In this document: positions 29,201 through 42,545 of the stretch, in pieces
Position numbering within the stretch: position 1 is the stretch's first letter
Layout: every line of letters starts with the position of its first letter
Source of the DNA: Paraspadella gotoi
Lineage: Eukaryota > Animalia > Chaetognatha
Length of the DNA: 64,000 nt
Assembly: GCA_051294375.1 (NCBI GenBank)
Contig: CM119267.1
Span: 19,278,773 to 19,342,772 of the forward strand
Direction: 5' to 3'
The notes under the pieces: model-generated
The model's database searches: none
What the model saw: only the letters and a program-made list of their open reading frames with translations
Told to the model about the DNA's origin: nothing
Translations under genes and position numbers: made by a program

Positions 29201-30406
29201 TTATGTTTTGTTTACTTTGTTTATTTTGTTTATTTTGTTATTTTTGTTAATTTTGTTTGTTTTATTTTCTTTGTTTTGTTATTTTTGTTCGTTTTGTTTG
29301 TTTATAGCTTTTGTTTGTTTTTTTCTTGTTTACTCTACTTTCGTATCATTCTCTCTCTCCCCCACAGAAATTCCCCTTCATGAAGAGCAAGGAATACCAG
29401 AGCGGCGACGAGCTCTCGGACGCCGAGAGCGCCGGAATGGGATTCGGCTTCGGACTCGGCGCCGGAAGCCACACCTCCTCGCTCAGCGTGGGTAACCTTG
29501 CGGCGGCCGACGAATACACCTCGGTGCTGTCCTACCAGGCGGTGGTCCAGCACGAGGTGCGCTACAAACGGCCCGTCATCATTCTGGGTCCGTTGAAGGA
29601 TCGGCTGAACGACGACCTTATCTCCGAGTTTCCCGAGCAGGTGAGTTTGGAGAGGGGTGAGGGAAGGTGAGAAAAAAGGAAAGGAAAGGAAAGGAAAGGA
29701 AAGGGGAGGAAAGGAAAGTAAATTAAAGGCAAAAAAAATAAAGGAAATGATCTAAAGTTAAAATAAAAGACTGTCAAAAAAAATTAAAGCAAATTTTCCC
29801 TACACCTCCCCCCCCCGGCAGTTCGCTTCATGCGTGCCCCACACTACGCGACCCAAACGCGATTACGAGATCGACGGTCAAGATTATCACTTCGTCCCCT
29901 CGCGGGATCAGATGGAGCGAGAGATACAGGCCCACCTCTTCGTCGAGGCCGGCCAGTACAACGGCAATCTCTACGGAACTAGCGTCTCGAGCGTCCGCCT
30001 CGTCGCCGAGACCGGAAAGCATTGTATCCTAGACGTCGGAGGCTACGCCATCAAGCGGCTGCAGGTGGCGGGCCTGCATCCGATCGCCGTTTTCGTCAAG
30101 CCCAAGTCCATCGAGTGGATCCTCGATATGAACAAGAGGTGTGATATCGGATCGATGGAAAAATCATTCATCGATCAAATGATCAATGAAGCGTCCAATC
30201 ATTCATTCCGACCTGTTCCCAGGTTGACCTTTGAACAAGCGGAGAAAGCCTTGGATCGAGCGTTGAAGATAGAAAGCGACTTTTGGGAGTTGTTTACCGC
30301 CGTCGTTATGGGAGATACGTTGAACGAAATCTACGATCAAGTCAAACAAGTCATCCATCGCGAGAGCGGGCCCAACATTTGGGTTCCGGCCAAGGAGAGA
30401 CTATGA
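25943..30406 (+). CDS. dlg1: Discs large / SAP97-like MAGUK scaffold, six exons (L27, degenerate PDZ1, PDZ2, PDZ3, SH3, HOOK, GK)
   Basis: Exons 25943-26288, 27283-28408, 28587-29194, 29368-29640, 29822-30138 and 30223-30406, all GT-AG. Phases are consistent except exon 1 to 2, which needs one base removed. C-terminus IWVPAKERL is typical of Dlg. Confidence 0.96.
27283..28408 (+). CDS. dlg1: dlg exon 2: degenerate PDZ1 region, PDZ2, His/Pro linker, start of PDZ3
   Basis: [31 protein letters not shown] (PDZ2) and [21 protein letters not shown] (PDZ3). Confidence 0.92.
28587..29194 (+). CDS. dlg1: dlg exon 3: end of PDZ3, SH3, start of HOOK
   Basis: [20 protein letters not shown]; [44 protein letters not shown]; [19 protein letters not shown]. 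Confidence 0.95.
29368..29640 (+). CDS. dlg1: dlg exon 4: HOOK (I3-like KFPFMKSK) and start of GK
   Basis: [41 protein letters not shown]; gtgagt donor. Confidence 0.95.
29822..30138 (+). CDS. dlg1: dlg exon 5: guanylate-kinase-like domain
   Basis: [47 protein letters not shown]. Confidence 0.95.
30223..30406 (+). CDS. dlg1: dlg exon 6: end of GK and C-terminus
   Basis: [47 protein letters not shown]-stop. Confidence 0.95.
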
Positions 30407-31375
30407 AAAAAAAAGAGGGGGGGCGTTCCCTCTCCCCCTTGAATTGTCAATCTTCTTCGTCTTCTTCGTCCCAGTTTTTATTTACGTCGCCCTCTTTCTA
30501 TTGCTCTCAAATTCTTCAACGAAATAAAGGAAGAATAGTAACAACAACAACAAGGGGAAAAAAATGCTAAGTTCGAACGTCGACCTGATTCGTTTTAAAG
30601 GAAAAAAAAGTCAAACGACGAAATCGATTGAAAATTTAATTTCTTTTTTTTTTTTTTTTTTTTGGAAAACGATCGGAATATTAGAGACGATCTTCGATGG
30701 ACGGATTAATTGAAACTCCGAGACGAACCGGAAATAGATATATCTATTTTATATTATTCTACCGGCGACGAAAGGGCGGACATCTACCGGCGAAAACAAA
30801 ACGTACCGGCGTCAACGAAAACAGCAGACCGCTGCGAGATATTTTTAATGTTGTTTTTTTTTGGTCATTTTTTGATTTCCAAATTCTGCAACGAAATTTT
30901 GCTAAAAGAAAATAAATATATTTCGAGAATGATGAAATTATCATTTCTCTCCGTCTATTATTTGAAATAAACACAAATTTGAAACGAATTAAGAACTTTT
31001 TTTTTCTCTCTTTATTTTTTTTTGGGGGGGGTCGAAATATTGGGAATTCTTTGGCGGTCAAGTTTACCTTTGTCGTTTGTCACCCCGTTTCTATTTTTCT
31101 TTTTTTTCTTTTTTTTTTTACAGCCAAGCGGGGTTATCTTACTTGTCTCTAGTCACTACTATCGAAAAACAAAAATGCCGAAATCGAAATGTTTTTGAAC
31201 CACGATTTTTTTTCCTCCTTTTTTTTGGAAACGTGATTAAAAAAAACTCGTTCTCGATGTTTTCTATGTAGAAAAATATTACTATAATTATTACGAATCA
31301 TATTTTCCTCTCGACTCGTTCCTCTCCGTAATAAACGGAGATAACTACGTTTCCGATCCCTGTCTCTCTCTCTCT

Positions 31376-31462
<87 letters not shown>

Positions 31463-32477
31463 CCACCTCCCTATCGTCCCGTTTCGTTCATTATTTTTAA
31501 TCATGACGATTTCGTTAGATCGTAGTTATAATTAAACTTCGTGTGTATTTCTTTTTTTTTTTTGAAAACGAACGTTGTTCAGACTCGAGAAGCCAGCGCG
31601 ATTCTATTCGCCTTTTGTTTTTAACAGAATTCGCGCAATCATTTTTTTTGTCAAAGGCTTACAACGCAGTCTTCAAACGTTCGATGGCTAAAAATAACAT
31701 TTATTAATAGGTTGACGTAGATCTTTAAAAACCGCATGCGACCCTAACTAAAAAAAAAGGGCTAAATAAAAAGTCGGTACGAACAAAAACTAAAAAAACC
31801 AAAAAATCCTAAAAAAATGTTTGTGATTACGACGTAGGATATACATCGTTTTAATGGCTTCCATTTTCTCCTTCTCATCTTCCTTGATTAAAAGCAAATT
31901 AGAGACTCGATGGCAACGAATCAATTTTTTTATTTTTAAATTTCTCAGCCACAGAGCGTCTAGGTTGCATTTTTGTTTGAATACGTCTTCCTTTACACCC
32001 ATTTTATTCACCTGTTTAGCGAGTAGCACACGTCAGAGGTCGGAGTCGTTCTCGTTTATTTAGAAATAAATCAGGCGAGCGGTGGTGCGGAAAATCCTTT
32101 AGAAAATCTGTGATATTGATAGCCCAACTAAAGTAGCGCACGGTCATTGAGAGAATATTTCTCCTCCCCCCCCTCCGTAAAACGTATAAAATGTAATTTA
32201 TTTTCTGTTAAAACAGCTAATGTTCAAATGATAGAAAAAATTAAATCTTTGATTGTAGAATACGTAATTGTTATCTTTCAGTGTGTAATCGTGACATTAA
32301 AAAATAATACGCTTGATCTAATAGTTCAAAGTAGCCAAATGACAAATATAATAAAAAAAAACAAACAACTAAATCAATTCTGTACATCTGGTACAAGAAA
32401 ACTTCTTTTCTCATTTCTCGGAAAAGGTCATCGCATCTTCGTTTCCCTTTTATTTAATTCTCCCCTTATTTCTCGTC

Positions 32478-32574
32478 CCTTCCCCTTCCCCTTAATTCCC
32501 TTCTCCTTCCCCTTCCCCTTTAATTCCCTTCCCTTCCCCTTTAATTCCCTTCCCCTTCCCTTAATTCCCTTCCC
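32478..32574 (+). repeat. ~21-bp tandem repeat (tttaattcccttccccttccc)
   Basis: About four to five copies, read directly. Confidence 0.8.
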
Positions 32575-33146
32575 TCTGCCGGGTAATTTTTTTTCTCCTT
32601 TTTTCCCCAGAGTTATTAATTTTTTTTTTCTCTCCTCTCCGTGTCATGTCAAACGTCATTTCACGAGCGTCACGCTTGTCCGGTCGCGACGCATGCGCTT
32701 ACGAAACTCTAACCCCAATACCCCTTTTTCGCCTCCCCCCCTTTCCCCTCCTCCCTCGACCCACAAAAAAAAATCTCCTTCGTCAAGAGATAGCATTTCA
32801 GATCTTAATGTCTCCTGCGACTGATTGAATTTAATAAAAATCACCCCCCCCCTCGGTACATCCAGTGTTGTTTAACAGCATCCAAAAAAAAATTTTAAAA
32901 AACATTCTCCTCGGGAAATAAAAATAATTGTAGTCAAATTAACCAAACAATAATCTTTTTTGGGTTGTGATATTTCACCAGCGAACGACAACAGACTGAG
33001 TTGAATCAATGTTTCTTGTTATTCTCATAAAGAAATTGATTTTTCAAATAAAAAAAAATCAAACAAAAATTTTTGCGCTCACGGCCTCATTTTCGAGCTT
33101 TTGAAAGTTAGATTGAAAGAGAGGCAGAGGAGAGAGGAGGGGAGAG

Positions 33147-33177
<31 letters not shown>

Positions 33178-33409
33178 TGAGAGAGAGAGGAGAGAAACGA
33201 GTTCGCGCGAAAAGAATCTCTAGACGGCAAAAACCCAAAGCTTATTGAAGACCAAGGGAATTTGTAGTAGATAGTAGGGAATTAGGGATTCGGTCGGTGG
33301 ACGATTTACAGATGGGTGGGTGGTGGGTTTGGATGGGTGGGCGAGGTGAGGTGGTACATGACCCGGCGGGGATTTCGGTCGAAAGACTTCAAAGTCTCCC
33401 TTGATTCAT

Positions 33410-33635
33410 TTGACACGAGCAACGGGAAATAGAAAAACCGCACGAAAGATGACACGACCGCGGCGAAAAATGACACGTTCGTCGTAGGAAAGATGGACAC
33501 GTCACCTCGCACGAATGATGACACGACCGCCCTACGAAACTATGACACGTTCGCTCACGAAATATAACACGTTCGCGCACGAAAAATGACACGTCCACTA
33601 ACCAAAAATGACACGTTGTTAAATAGGATGACAAA
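33410..33635 (+). repeat. ~22-bp minisatellite with conserved ATGACACG core
   Basis: About ten units such as atgacacgttcgctcacgaaat, with variable middles. Confidence 0.85.
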
Positions 33636-34925
33636 GGCCCGAGTTTTCTCTTTAATAATGACTTACAGTAAGTAATTCATTTAGTCAAAAAGTAATTAAT
33701 CATTTTTAAGTTGAGCCAGAAGTTTTTTGATGTCAGATGTGAATTTCACACACAAACATTCCCGCCCGCTTTTAAATCATGAAATTTAGAATCTAACGGG
33801 TTTCCGAAACGTCGATTTTTAACGACACGATCCTATGTTTTGCCAAACGTCGTTTCAGGACTTTTAAAAAAAAGTGAAACAATTTCTTTTTTTTTTTTCA
33901 TTTCACTGAAAACATTCGAATGGCATCGAAAGGGGAAAAAAATGCGGAACAATCAAATTTTCCATAGAAACTGAGACGTTCTCCAGTCTCCACCACCCCT
34001 GGGGATTAGGAGAATAGCTGCATCGACACCCCTGGAGACGGGGGATGTGTAACTTGGAACATCGCGAGACCCCGCCGGGCGCTAAATGGGAAGAAAGGAA
34101 ACCCCAAAAGCGAAAATGGAAAAAAAAAAGAAANNNNNNNNNNNNNNNNNNNNNNNNNNNNNNNNNNNNNNNNNNNNNNNNNNNNNNNNNNNNNNNNNNN
34201 NNNNNNNNNNNNNNNNNNNNNNNNNNNNNNNNNNNNNNNNNNNNNNNNNNNNNNNNNNNNNNNNNNNNNNNNNNNNNNNNNNNNNNNNNNNNNNNNNNNN
34301 NNNNNNNNNNNNNNNNNNNNNNNNNNNNNNNNNNNNNNNNNNNNNNNNNNNNNNNNNNNNNNCCCCCCCACCGCCCGACGCGAAAACTTATCTCGGAATG
34401 AAATTTTTACTCGAGAGAAAGTTTCGCTGAAAACGAAATGTCAAGCAATTTCGAACCACAACCGACATTTTCATTGGAAGGAAATAAAATTCTCTCGGAA
34501 TCCGAGACGAAATGGAAAGAGGAGGCGGGAAGGAGAGGGGGGAGGAGAGGGGGGGGAGAAAGGGGGAAGAGGAGGAGGAGGAAGAGGAAAAAAGATTGGA
34601 GAAAGTCTTGAAGAAGAGATTGAGGAAGATCCGTTAAATATGGCGGGGAAAAGTGCGACGAAGGAAAAACAATGAGAAACAAAATAAACTCGAGGAAGAT
34701 CTGAAACTGGAAGGAAAATATAGAAATTGAAAGAATAAAAAAAGAATTAAAAAAAAAAAAGCGAGAAAAAGTAAAGACGAAATCTCTGAATAAAACTATG
34801 AAAGAAAAAGGAAATTCAAGTATGAAAAATGTAGGGATGGTTAGTTAGTCAAAGGACGTTGATGGCGCAAAGACGGAAGGCGATGAGTGGAGACAGAGTT
34901 GTGGGAACGACAGAGAGAGAGAGAA

Positions 34926-34970
<45 letters not shown>

Positions 34971-35609
34971 ATGAAAAAAAATACAATGATTGAGAAACAG
35001 AAAATTGCGCAAAGAAGAATTGAAAGAAGACGAGCAGAGAGAGAGAGAAAGAAGAGAGCACGCAGAGAGAGAATTCCTTGGAGAGAGATGCGAAAGCTTT
35101 TCCAAAAACCCGGCGCCAGACAAAGAGGAGTGAGAGAAGAGGAAAAAAATCCTTCATCGAAAAAAAAATAAGGGAAAAAAAGCAAATGGAAAACAGTAGG
35201 AGAAAAAGAAGAACAACGATTCTGTGCGGGACGGGAAAGAAAAACCAAAAGTCTAATTTGCCAAAATAAAAAAAAATAGCCAAGGCCGGGTGCTTTGCGT
35301 ACGGATAGGCTGACGAAAATAGGAGGTTATGATAGGTGACAGAGATAGAGAGAGAGAGAGAGTGAGAGAGAGAGAGAGATGAGCAGAGATGAGAGAGCTT
35401 AGAAGAGAGCCGAGAGAGGAAGAGATNNNNNNNNNNNNNNNNNNNNNNNNNGAGAGAGAGAGAGGGACAAAGTTGATGGGAGAACGGTTCGTTGACCGCA
35501 CGAGACAGTTGAGAAAAGAGTGGAAAGGAAAATTAAATACGAAAAATGAAAAAAAGGGATGCAGAGTAAAAGAGAAATAAGACTGTGAGAGACTGTGAGA
35601 AATAAGACT

Positions 35610-35745
35610 TTGAGAGACTGTGAGAGTGTCTTGATTGAAAGCTTACGAGGGTTTCAGGCCTTCACCGGCCATCGCTTATCCAAAGTCAGGGGCGAGATAG
35701 CTTATTTATTAAATGAATGAATAATCTTTATTTCGGTTGTACTAA
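35610..35745 (+). mobile_element. Short dispersed repeat family A, copy
   Basis: Shares gattgaaagctt..ggcctt..tccaaagtcaggg..agatagcttatttatta..gttgtac with 37303-37502 and 44309-44521, and weakly with ~13640-13785. Confidence 0.75.
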
Positions 35746-36170
35746 TATCACGAAGAAAGAGAGGGAGAAAAGAGATAAAAAGAGAGATGAACAGGGGAGA
35801 AAGAAAATGGGGAAAAATGAATGAAGAGATTAAAGCGAAGAAAGTGAAAGCTGAGAATTTAGGAAAGAAGGGAAGGAATAAACGTGAGTAACGAAGGAAG
35901 TCAGCAACAGACGCGAGTCACGATGGAAACGCGGCGTCGAGAAACCAAATGAATGCGAGCGACTCGAGCATAACTGACAACGTAAACAACCAACGAGGAA
36001 GAATGGATGGAAATCGGAGACGCGAATGAAAAAGAAAAGAAAAAGTTCGGGACGTGGTTGATGAAAATAATGAAGATAGTGATGTAAAAAAAAAATTATA
36101 TTGTATCTTTAGGTGGTATACTGTATTAGAGTTTTATATTATATTGTTATTATATTATTACGATTTGAGC

Positions 36171-36287
<117 letters not shown>

Positions 36288-36635
36288 TCCTACTCCAGCT
36301 ACGTGGTTGCTGCTAAAGACTTTCATCTCCCTGCCAACGAGTTGGGAACGAGGCTTGTAATCATCTCCTAAAAACGGTTATACGTTTTAGCGAAAAACAT
36401 TAAGTTAGACGAGGACAATTATTATAACTACCCCTTCAGTAGCTACAAGTACAGTTATCATTACTTCGCTTTCACTGTAAAGAGGAAAGGTTTGAGTTTT
36501 TATTGTTATGATATGGAAAGCAACTTGATAAGCGAGAAAATCATTTCCGGAAAACATAACAGATTTTTGGTGTCCGTTTGTTCAATTTTGCGAGAAAGAA
36601 AGAAAGAACAGAGAGAGCACGAGAGACTGGATGAC

Positions 36636-36668
<33 letters not shown>

Positions 36669-37302
36669 AGAGAAGAGAGAGAGAAGAGGGAGAGAGAGAG
36701 TTGGATACTAAATGGACGTGGGAAGAAACGTTGCAAAAAAGAAAAAGAATTTGGCCGGAAGGGAAAAAAAATGGGTCCATTATGGGCCCTGCTTTTCAGG
36801 TGCTCGCGCTCAAGATCGACCGCCTCCCCCTCCCCCCCCCCGGCCAGCCTCGCTCGGCAGGCTTTTCCCACTTGGATTTCGTGGCGGCCGGGGAAGTTGG
36901 AATTAGGAGGAAGAAGAGGAGGAGGAGGAGGAGGAAGTGATGGAAGAAGAAAAAAAAGGTGATGGTAGGAAAAGAAAAGAAGAACGAGATGAAACGAGGA
37001 AAAGGGGAGGATGAAAAATAGGTTAGAGAGAAGATAGTAGTGAAAAAACTGTCGCTGGATGAGTAGAACGAAGATTGAACTTTTGACCCGAGACGAAAGG
37101 GAGAAAGTGAGAAGAGGGAATCGATGAAAGAAAATAGGAAGAGAGACAGTATGATGAGAAGGGAGTGAAAAGTGAAAGAGGTTAATATTTATAGTAAGAT
37201 ATTGGTAATCATAAAATTTAATATGAGGTATTTAAAAAAAAAAATTAGAACGAGAGATGGGTTGCTGATGAGAAATAGATTAATATTCTTTGAACATTTT
37301 TT

Positions 37303-37502
37303 TTGAAATATTATACCACTTCATTAATAGGGAAGTTAATGAACGAGACTGTGAATCTCGATTGAAAGCTTGCAGATACCTGCTAAGTCATTATCTTGCA
37401 AAAGTGATGGCCTTAAGGCCTTAAACCACCATAGCCTATCCAAAATCAAGGGCAAGATTGCTTATTTATTAAATGAATGGATACTTTTATATTGGTTGTA
37501 CC
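37303..37502 (+). mobile_element. Short dispersed repeat family A, copy
   Basis: Runs from ttgaaatattataccactt through gattgaaagctt to gcttatttattaaatgaatg..ttgtac, shared with 44309-44521. Confidence 0.8.
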
Positions 37503-38004
37503 AATTTCTTAAAAGAAATATGAACGGAAGAGTCAACGAGTTGGTAACCCGGGGATTGTCATTGTTATGTAATGGTGGAAAAATAGTTGAAGGGAAACGA
37601 CTGAAAAGTGACAGCCGACAGGGACTGAGTGAAAGACCGAACATTCGGAGAAAGGAAAGAGAGGAGAGAAAGAGAGGTGAGGAAAAGATAGAGAAGAGAG
37701 AAAATGAGTAGATAAAAAAAGATAGAGAGGAGAGAAACTGAACCGAGACGATGTGAAGAGAGAAAAAAAGGAAAAAGGAAAAAAAAGGAGAATTAAAAAA
37801 TAAAGGAAAATATTAAGAATATCGACGAGGACAAGAAAGAGAAAAAAAGGGAAAAAAAGGCCTTTGGAGATTCGCCCTGCCTGGGGAAAGTAAGGTCGAT
37901 CCACGCCCCATTCGCCTTTTTCCTTTCGCTCTTTCCCTCAATCCCTCGACTCGCAAACCGACTTTAACTCAAGTACACACCACCCCATTTTTCGGATCCC
38001 CTTA

Positions 38005-38103
<99 letters not shown>

Positions 38104-38162
38104 TTACGTGGGGGCACCGCTGCTGATTTCGTTGGCCAGAGTTTCCCTTTCTCGTTCTCTCG

Positions 38163-38315
38163 CTCTCACTCTGTCACAATAGCCAAAGCGAAGATCCTCT
38201 TAGCTCTCACTCTGTCACAAATCACAAAAGCCAAAAGGAAGGTCCTCTCTCTCTGTCACAATGGCCAAAACGAAGTTCCTCTCACCATGTCACAAAAACC
38301 GAAGCGATGTTTCTG
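38163..38315 (+). repeat. ~35-45 bp tandem repeat, four copies (ctctgtcacaa..gccaaa..gaag..cctct)
   Basis: Read directly. Confidence 0.8.
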
Positions 38316-38685
38316 ACCGGAAAATACAATTTAAAACCGACATTATACTAGCGTCGAACATAAAAAACTTAATTCAAATTGATACAGGAAGAAAAAAACA
38401 GTATTGAGTAACGATATAATCTCCTTAAAACGAATTTCAATTACGCTTGAGCCAACCTGTGTATAAGATTAAAAAAAATCTTTAAAAGGGATAACTTCTG
38501 TTGTCTCTAATTATCACGTCGAGGATAATAAAAAAAAAGTTAAGCGAGTAATAAAAAAATAGTTTAAAACGAGTTTTTTGAAAACTTAATTTTTATTAAA
38601 GATCATTTCATAAGTTCGCTTATCCAAATTCGGCGTCGGATCTTCCTTATTTAATAACAATAATAAAAATCCATATATCGCCTTT

Positions 38686-38746
<61 letters not shown>

Positions 38747-39369
38747 ATGACCCCTTATTTTGAGACGGCGACCTTTCAACCCTTTTTCCTCTTCCTTTTC
38801 CTCCCCTTTGCTCCGCCAACTCGGCCACGCCTCCTTCGCCTGCCCCCTAGTACCGCCCCGTCCTGACCTCGGTCTCCTATCTCCACCCATCTCGAAACTT
38901 TGAATCATCGTCGGTTGTTCCTTTGTTTCATTGTTCTCTATTTCCTCCGTATCTCCCTCTTTCGTTTCGAATCGTTCTTTTGTCTCACTAACTTATCATC
39001 TTTTCAACAGCGATAATTTTTCTCTCTTTTTTTTATATATATATATTAATAAACTATCTCTTTTCGCACACGTTTTCCCCGCTCATTCTTTTTCGTCATG
39101 AAATCTTTTTTTTGGTTTTTCTTCTCTTCTTTTTTTTTCCTTATTCCTCAGTTCCTGTCGCTGTATAACATCCGATCTCCAACCATCCCCTCATCAATCC
39201 CATCCCCCGGCCCCTCTCTCATCTACCCTCTTCCCCTTCTTCCTCCCTCCTCTTCCTCTTCTTCCTCCTCTTCCTCCTCTTCCTTATTTTCCTCCTCTTC
39301 CTTATCTTCCTCCTCTTCCCCCTCTTCCTCCCTTTGCGACTAAAGATCATGAATTTCAAGCGAGGGCGA

Positions 39370-39400
39370 GGCTGACGTCGTCAGTCGCTCGACAGCGAAG

Positions 39401-39469
<69 letters not shown>

Positions 39470-39670
39470 TGACGTCACTCCCCAGACGGCGCCTCGAGGT
39501 CGCGAGGGAGGTCACCTGAGCAAAAACCCCGAAGGCGAAAGACTCATCGAGCGCCATCGTCAGCTTCGACCGGGTCACTTCCGGTCAGTCACGCTTTTCG
39601 CGTATAGGAGGCGTGTCCGCGTGTCCGGGGACTTTTTGAGACAATCTATGCATTATGAAAGGGACTTTTT
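39370..39670. promoter_or_regulatory. CpG-rich putative promoter/enhancer with CRE palindrome and ETS-type site
   Basis: GTGACGTCAC at 39469-39478, CACTTCCGGT at 39576-39585, flanking GAGA tract. No linked exon identified. Confidence 0.3.
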
Positions 39671-39704
39671 TGGCGAGCTCAGACACTTTAACTAGTTCGG
39701 TCCA

Positions 39705-39860
39705 TCCAATGTGTTACGCCGCAGTGATTTCTTTTCACGCGTGATCACATGACGATATGATTAGGAGATTTATGTATAACATTTATATTGTATTGTATTG
39801 TATTTATGACACGCACTGCATTGGAATTCCGTCTTTTATTCTATATAGTTTTATGATTTC
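39705..39860 (+). mobile_element. Dispersed repeat family B (copies 39705-39860 +, 40280-40392 -, 47324-47510 +)
   Basis: Shared aatgtgtt(a/g)cgccgc(a/t)gtga(c/t)tt..ttatgacacgca..atttcct(g/c)aag. Confidence 0.75.
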
Positions 39861-40971
39861 CTCAAGTCACTTGGCGCGGAATCGTTGCGTGGGCGTGGAC
39901 CGACGTACTCCATATTTGTGTTGATTATACGTTCGAAAACGTAAACAAAACTAAAATTGTCATTAACAAGGATAAAAAAATGTCTAAAAGGTATCAAAAA
40001 GAAGAATTTAGAGAAAAATTCGAGACGTGTTTTTTGTGAGAAGAGAAAACATATATTAATCAAAAACAGAGAAAAAATCAAAAAGGTAAAAATAACAACA
40101 ACAACAAATACGTATTTACATTGGCTGGAAAAGGTCAGCCATAACAAGGTCATTCTGTTTGGATATGAACGGTCATTCTTACTGACCACTACGGGTCACA
40201 AAGTACAAAGACTTCGTCGTCGTCTTCGTTATTATATTCGTCGTCGTCGTTGTCTTTGTTCGAATCATTTGAGATCCCAAAAAATCTAGGTTACTGCTAG
40301 CGACGCCTTCAGGAAATCCTAAAAGACAAGATACCGATGCAATGCGTGTCATAAGTAAACTTGAAAAGAAAGTCACAGCGGCGTAACACATTTGAATTAC
40401 CGTTCTTGTTACTTTTTTAGCGCTTTGTTATCATGTTTTTAATTTATCTTATCTCTCATATATCTTCATCTTCGCCTTTCTATTTCCGTTCGTTCAACTT
40501 TTTATCTAACTTAATTAATTAAAATGTTTTTTTTTCTTTATCTTAACGAAATATTCAACTTGTTATCTCCGACGATTCCTTTCTTTTTTTTCCCTAACAT
40601 CTCTACCTCTCTCTTCCTCGGGCTGCAGAGAGGAGAGGAGCCTTTAAAACTCTTTAGCAAGTCAAGTCGCCAAATTAACGCCTTCCTCTCTCTCTCTTCA
40701 TCTCGCTCCAGCGTTTCGGTGGCGGGCCCTGCTCGTAAAAAATCCATAACGCGTTCGCGGGCGAGCGCCAAGCTTGCTCTTCCTCTGTCTCTCCTGTCTC
40801 TCTTGGTCTCTCTCTCTGTCTCTCTCTTCTGTCTCTGCTCTCTCTCTTCCCCTCTCTCTCTGTCTTTAACCCCCTCTCTCTCTTTTCTTTCCTCGGATCT
40901 CCTTTGTCTCTGTGTTCTCTCCAACGTGGAACAAACCTGGTAGCCTTCGCAAGCGGGAGCAAGAGAGACAA

Positions 40972-41016
<45 letters not shown>

Positions 41017-41164
41017 GATAGAGATAGTTTGCGGAAAGTAGAAAGCACAGCAAGCTATTTACTACATATCACTAATGCCAAAGCTATCGCGCAGTCATTT
41101 AACATTAAATGATCTTTGCATGATTGGATCATTTCCGCACTTCATCATTTCACACGAGTTGCGC

Positions 41165-41533
41165 TGTGAGTCAAGTTTTCGTCTCTCTACGCCGCTCCAA
41201 GCAATATCAGTTGGTCGAGGAAAGGCTCGGCTAAATCCCGCAACCGACAAGGCATCCACTGACTCTACTCTCAGTATAAATGAAAAATAAATCGTAGAGA
41301 AATCAAAATATAATCCAAGAGAAATCCGTCATAAATCAATCAATAAATGTATCTGATGTAAAATTCCAGTGTAAAAGCCGTAATATAAAGAGGGAAAATC
41401 GTCCAAGAGAGCGAAATCTATCAACTTAACTCGCGATACAAAGTCTTACTGAGGTTGACCGGGGGAGAAGAGGAGAGAAATATCTCAGTCTCTCTCGTTC
41501 CACAAACTATCTGTGGCCACTGGTTCTACTTCC
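41165..41533 (-). mobile_element. Probable solo LTR of the element at 49565-54161
   Basis: Colinear with 53743-54161, from ctctctacgccgctc..aatatcagttggtc to ctgtggccactggttctactt; begins with TG. Confidence 0.75.
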
Positions 41534-42480
41534 CGCAGTCTCTTTGTTCTCTGTCCTCCATCCTTTTAGAAACGTCTTTCAAATCGCTTTTTTTAGATAT
41601 ATATAATATATATAAATTATATATATACATATATTATATATATGTACATAATATCAAATCTGTCAACAATCATGATTTTATCGCTTCCTGTTAATTTTTT
41701 TATGGTTTTTTTTATTGTTAAATCTTATATCGCCCTTCCTCACTCCACATCTTATTCTTTTAGGTGAATAATTAATGTTTTATTATCTCCTCAGCATTTC
41801 TTCTTTTCATGTTTTTGGTTATTTTTCACGTCATGCCTTCACTTATCATTCAATGTATTGTTCTTTTTTTTCGCACACTTCCTTTGTTCCTTTCTCCTTG
41901 AAAAACCTTTGTCGAGTTTTTTTTTTTTTACCAGAGGTAAAAACTACACCTGAAGTCACCGACTATTAAGAGAAACAAAAGAATATAAAGTTTACGACCG
42001 TGACGCGAGATGGCGACAGCGTCAATGGGGTAGAGTACGATAATGGCGATGCCGGTAATTTTGGTATTTGTTTAAAAAGGGTTAGATACGACCCGTGTCT
42101 AGTTTGGTCCTAGTTTGGTCCGAATGCCTATGATTATAAAGAATATATTAAGTGCCAAAGATTAGAAGTAAATATGTATATAAAGAACCTTCTCGTTGGA
42201 AATTGAAGTTGAAAAAAAAAAGAAAATGAAAGGGAAGCCAATATGCACCCGTCTACACAGCAAGTGTGGCGTGAAAAGAGCGATTTAGATGAAGATAAAA
42301 GTAGGGATCGTTGAATGGATGAGAAGTGAAAGGGAAAAAGTATTCTCGCGGACGAAAAAGCGCGGGAAATTAAAAAGGCAAAAAGGGGGGGAAGGGGGAA
42401 AAAATGAAACAATAGAACGGACGGAACGGGGAAAGGGTTGAGATAGAAGCGATGAAATAAAAGTCGAATAGGGTTTTAAC

Positions 42481-42545
<65 letters not shown>

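Noticed and set aside
33410-33635. CRISPR-like array
   Set aside because: Units are only ~22 bp with mutually related spacers, the context is eukaryotic, and there are no cas genes.
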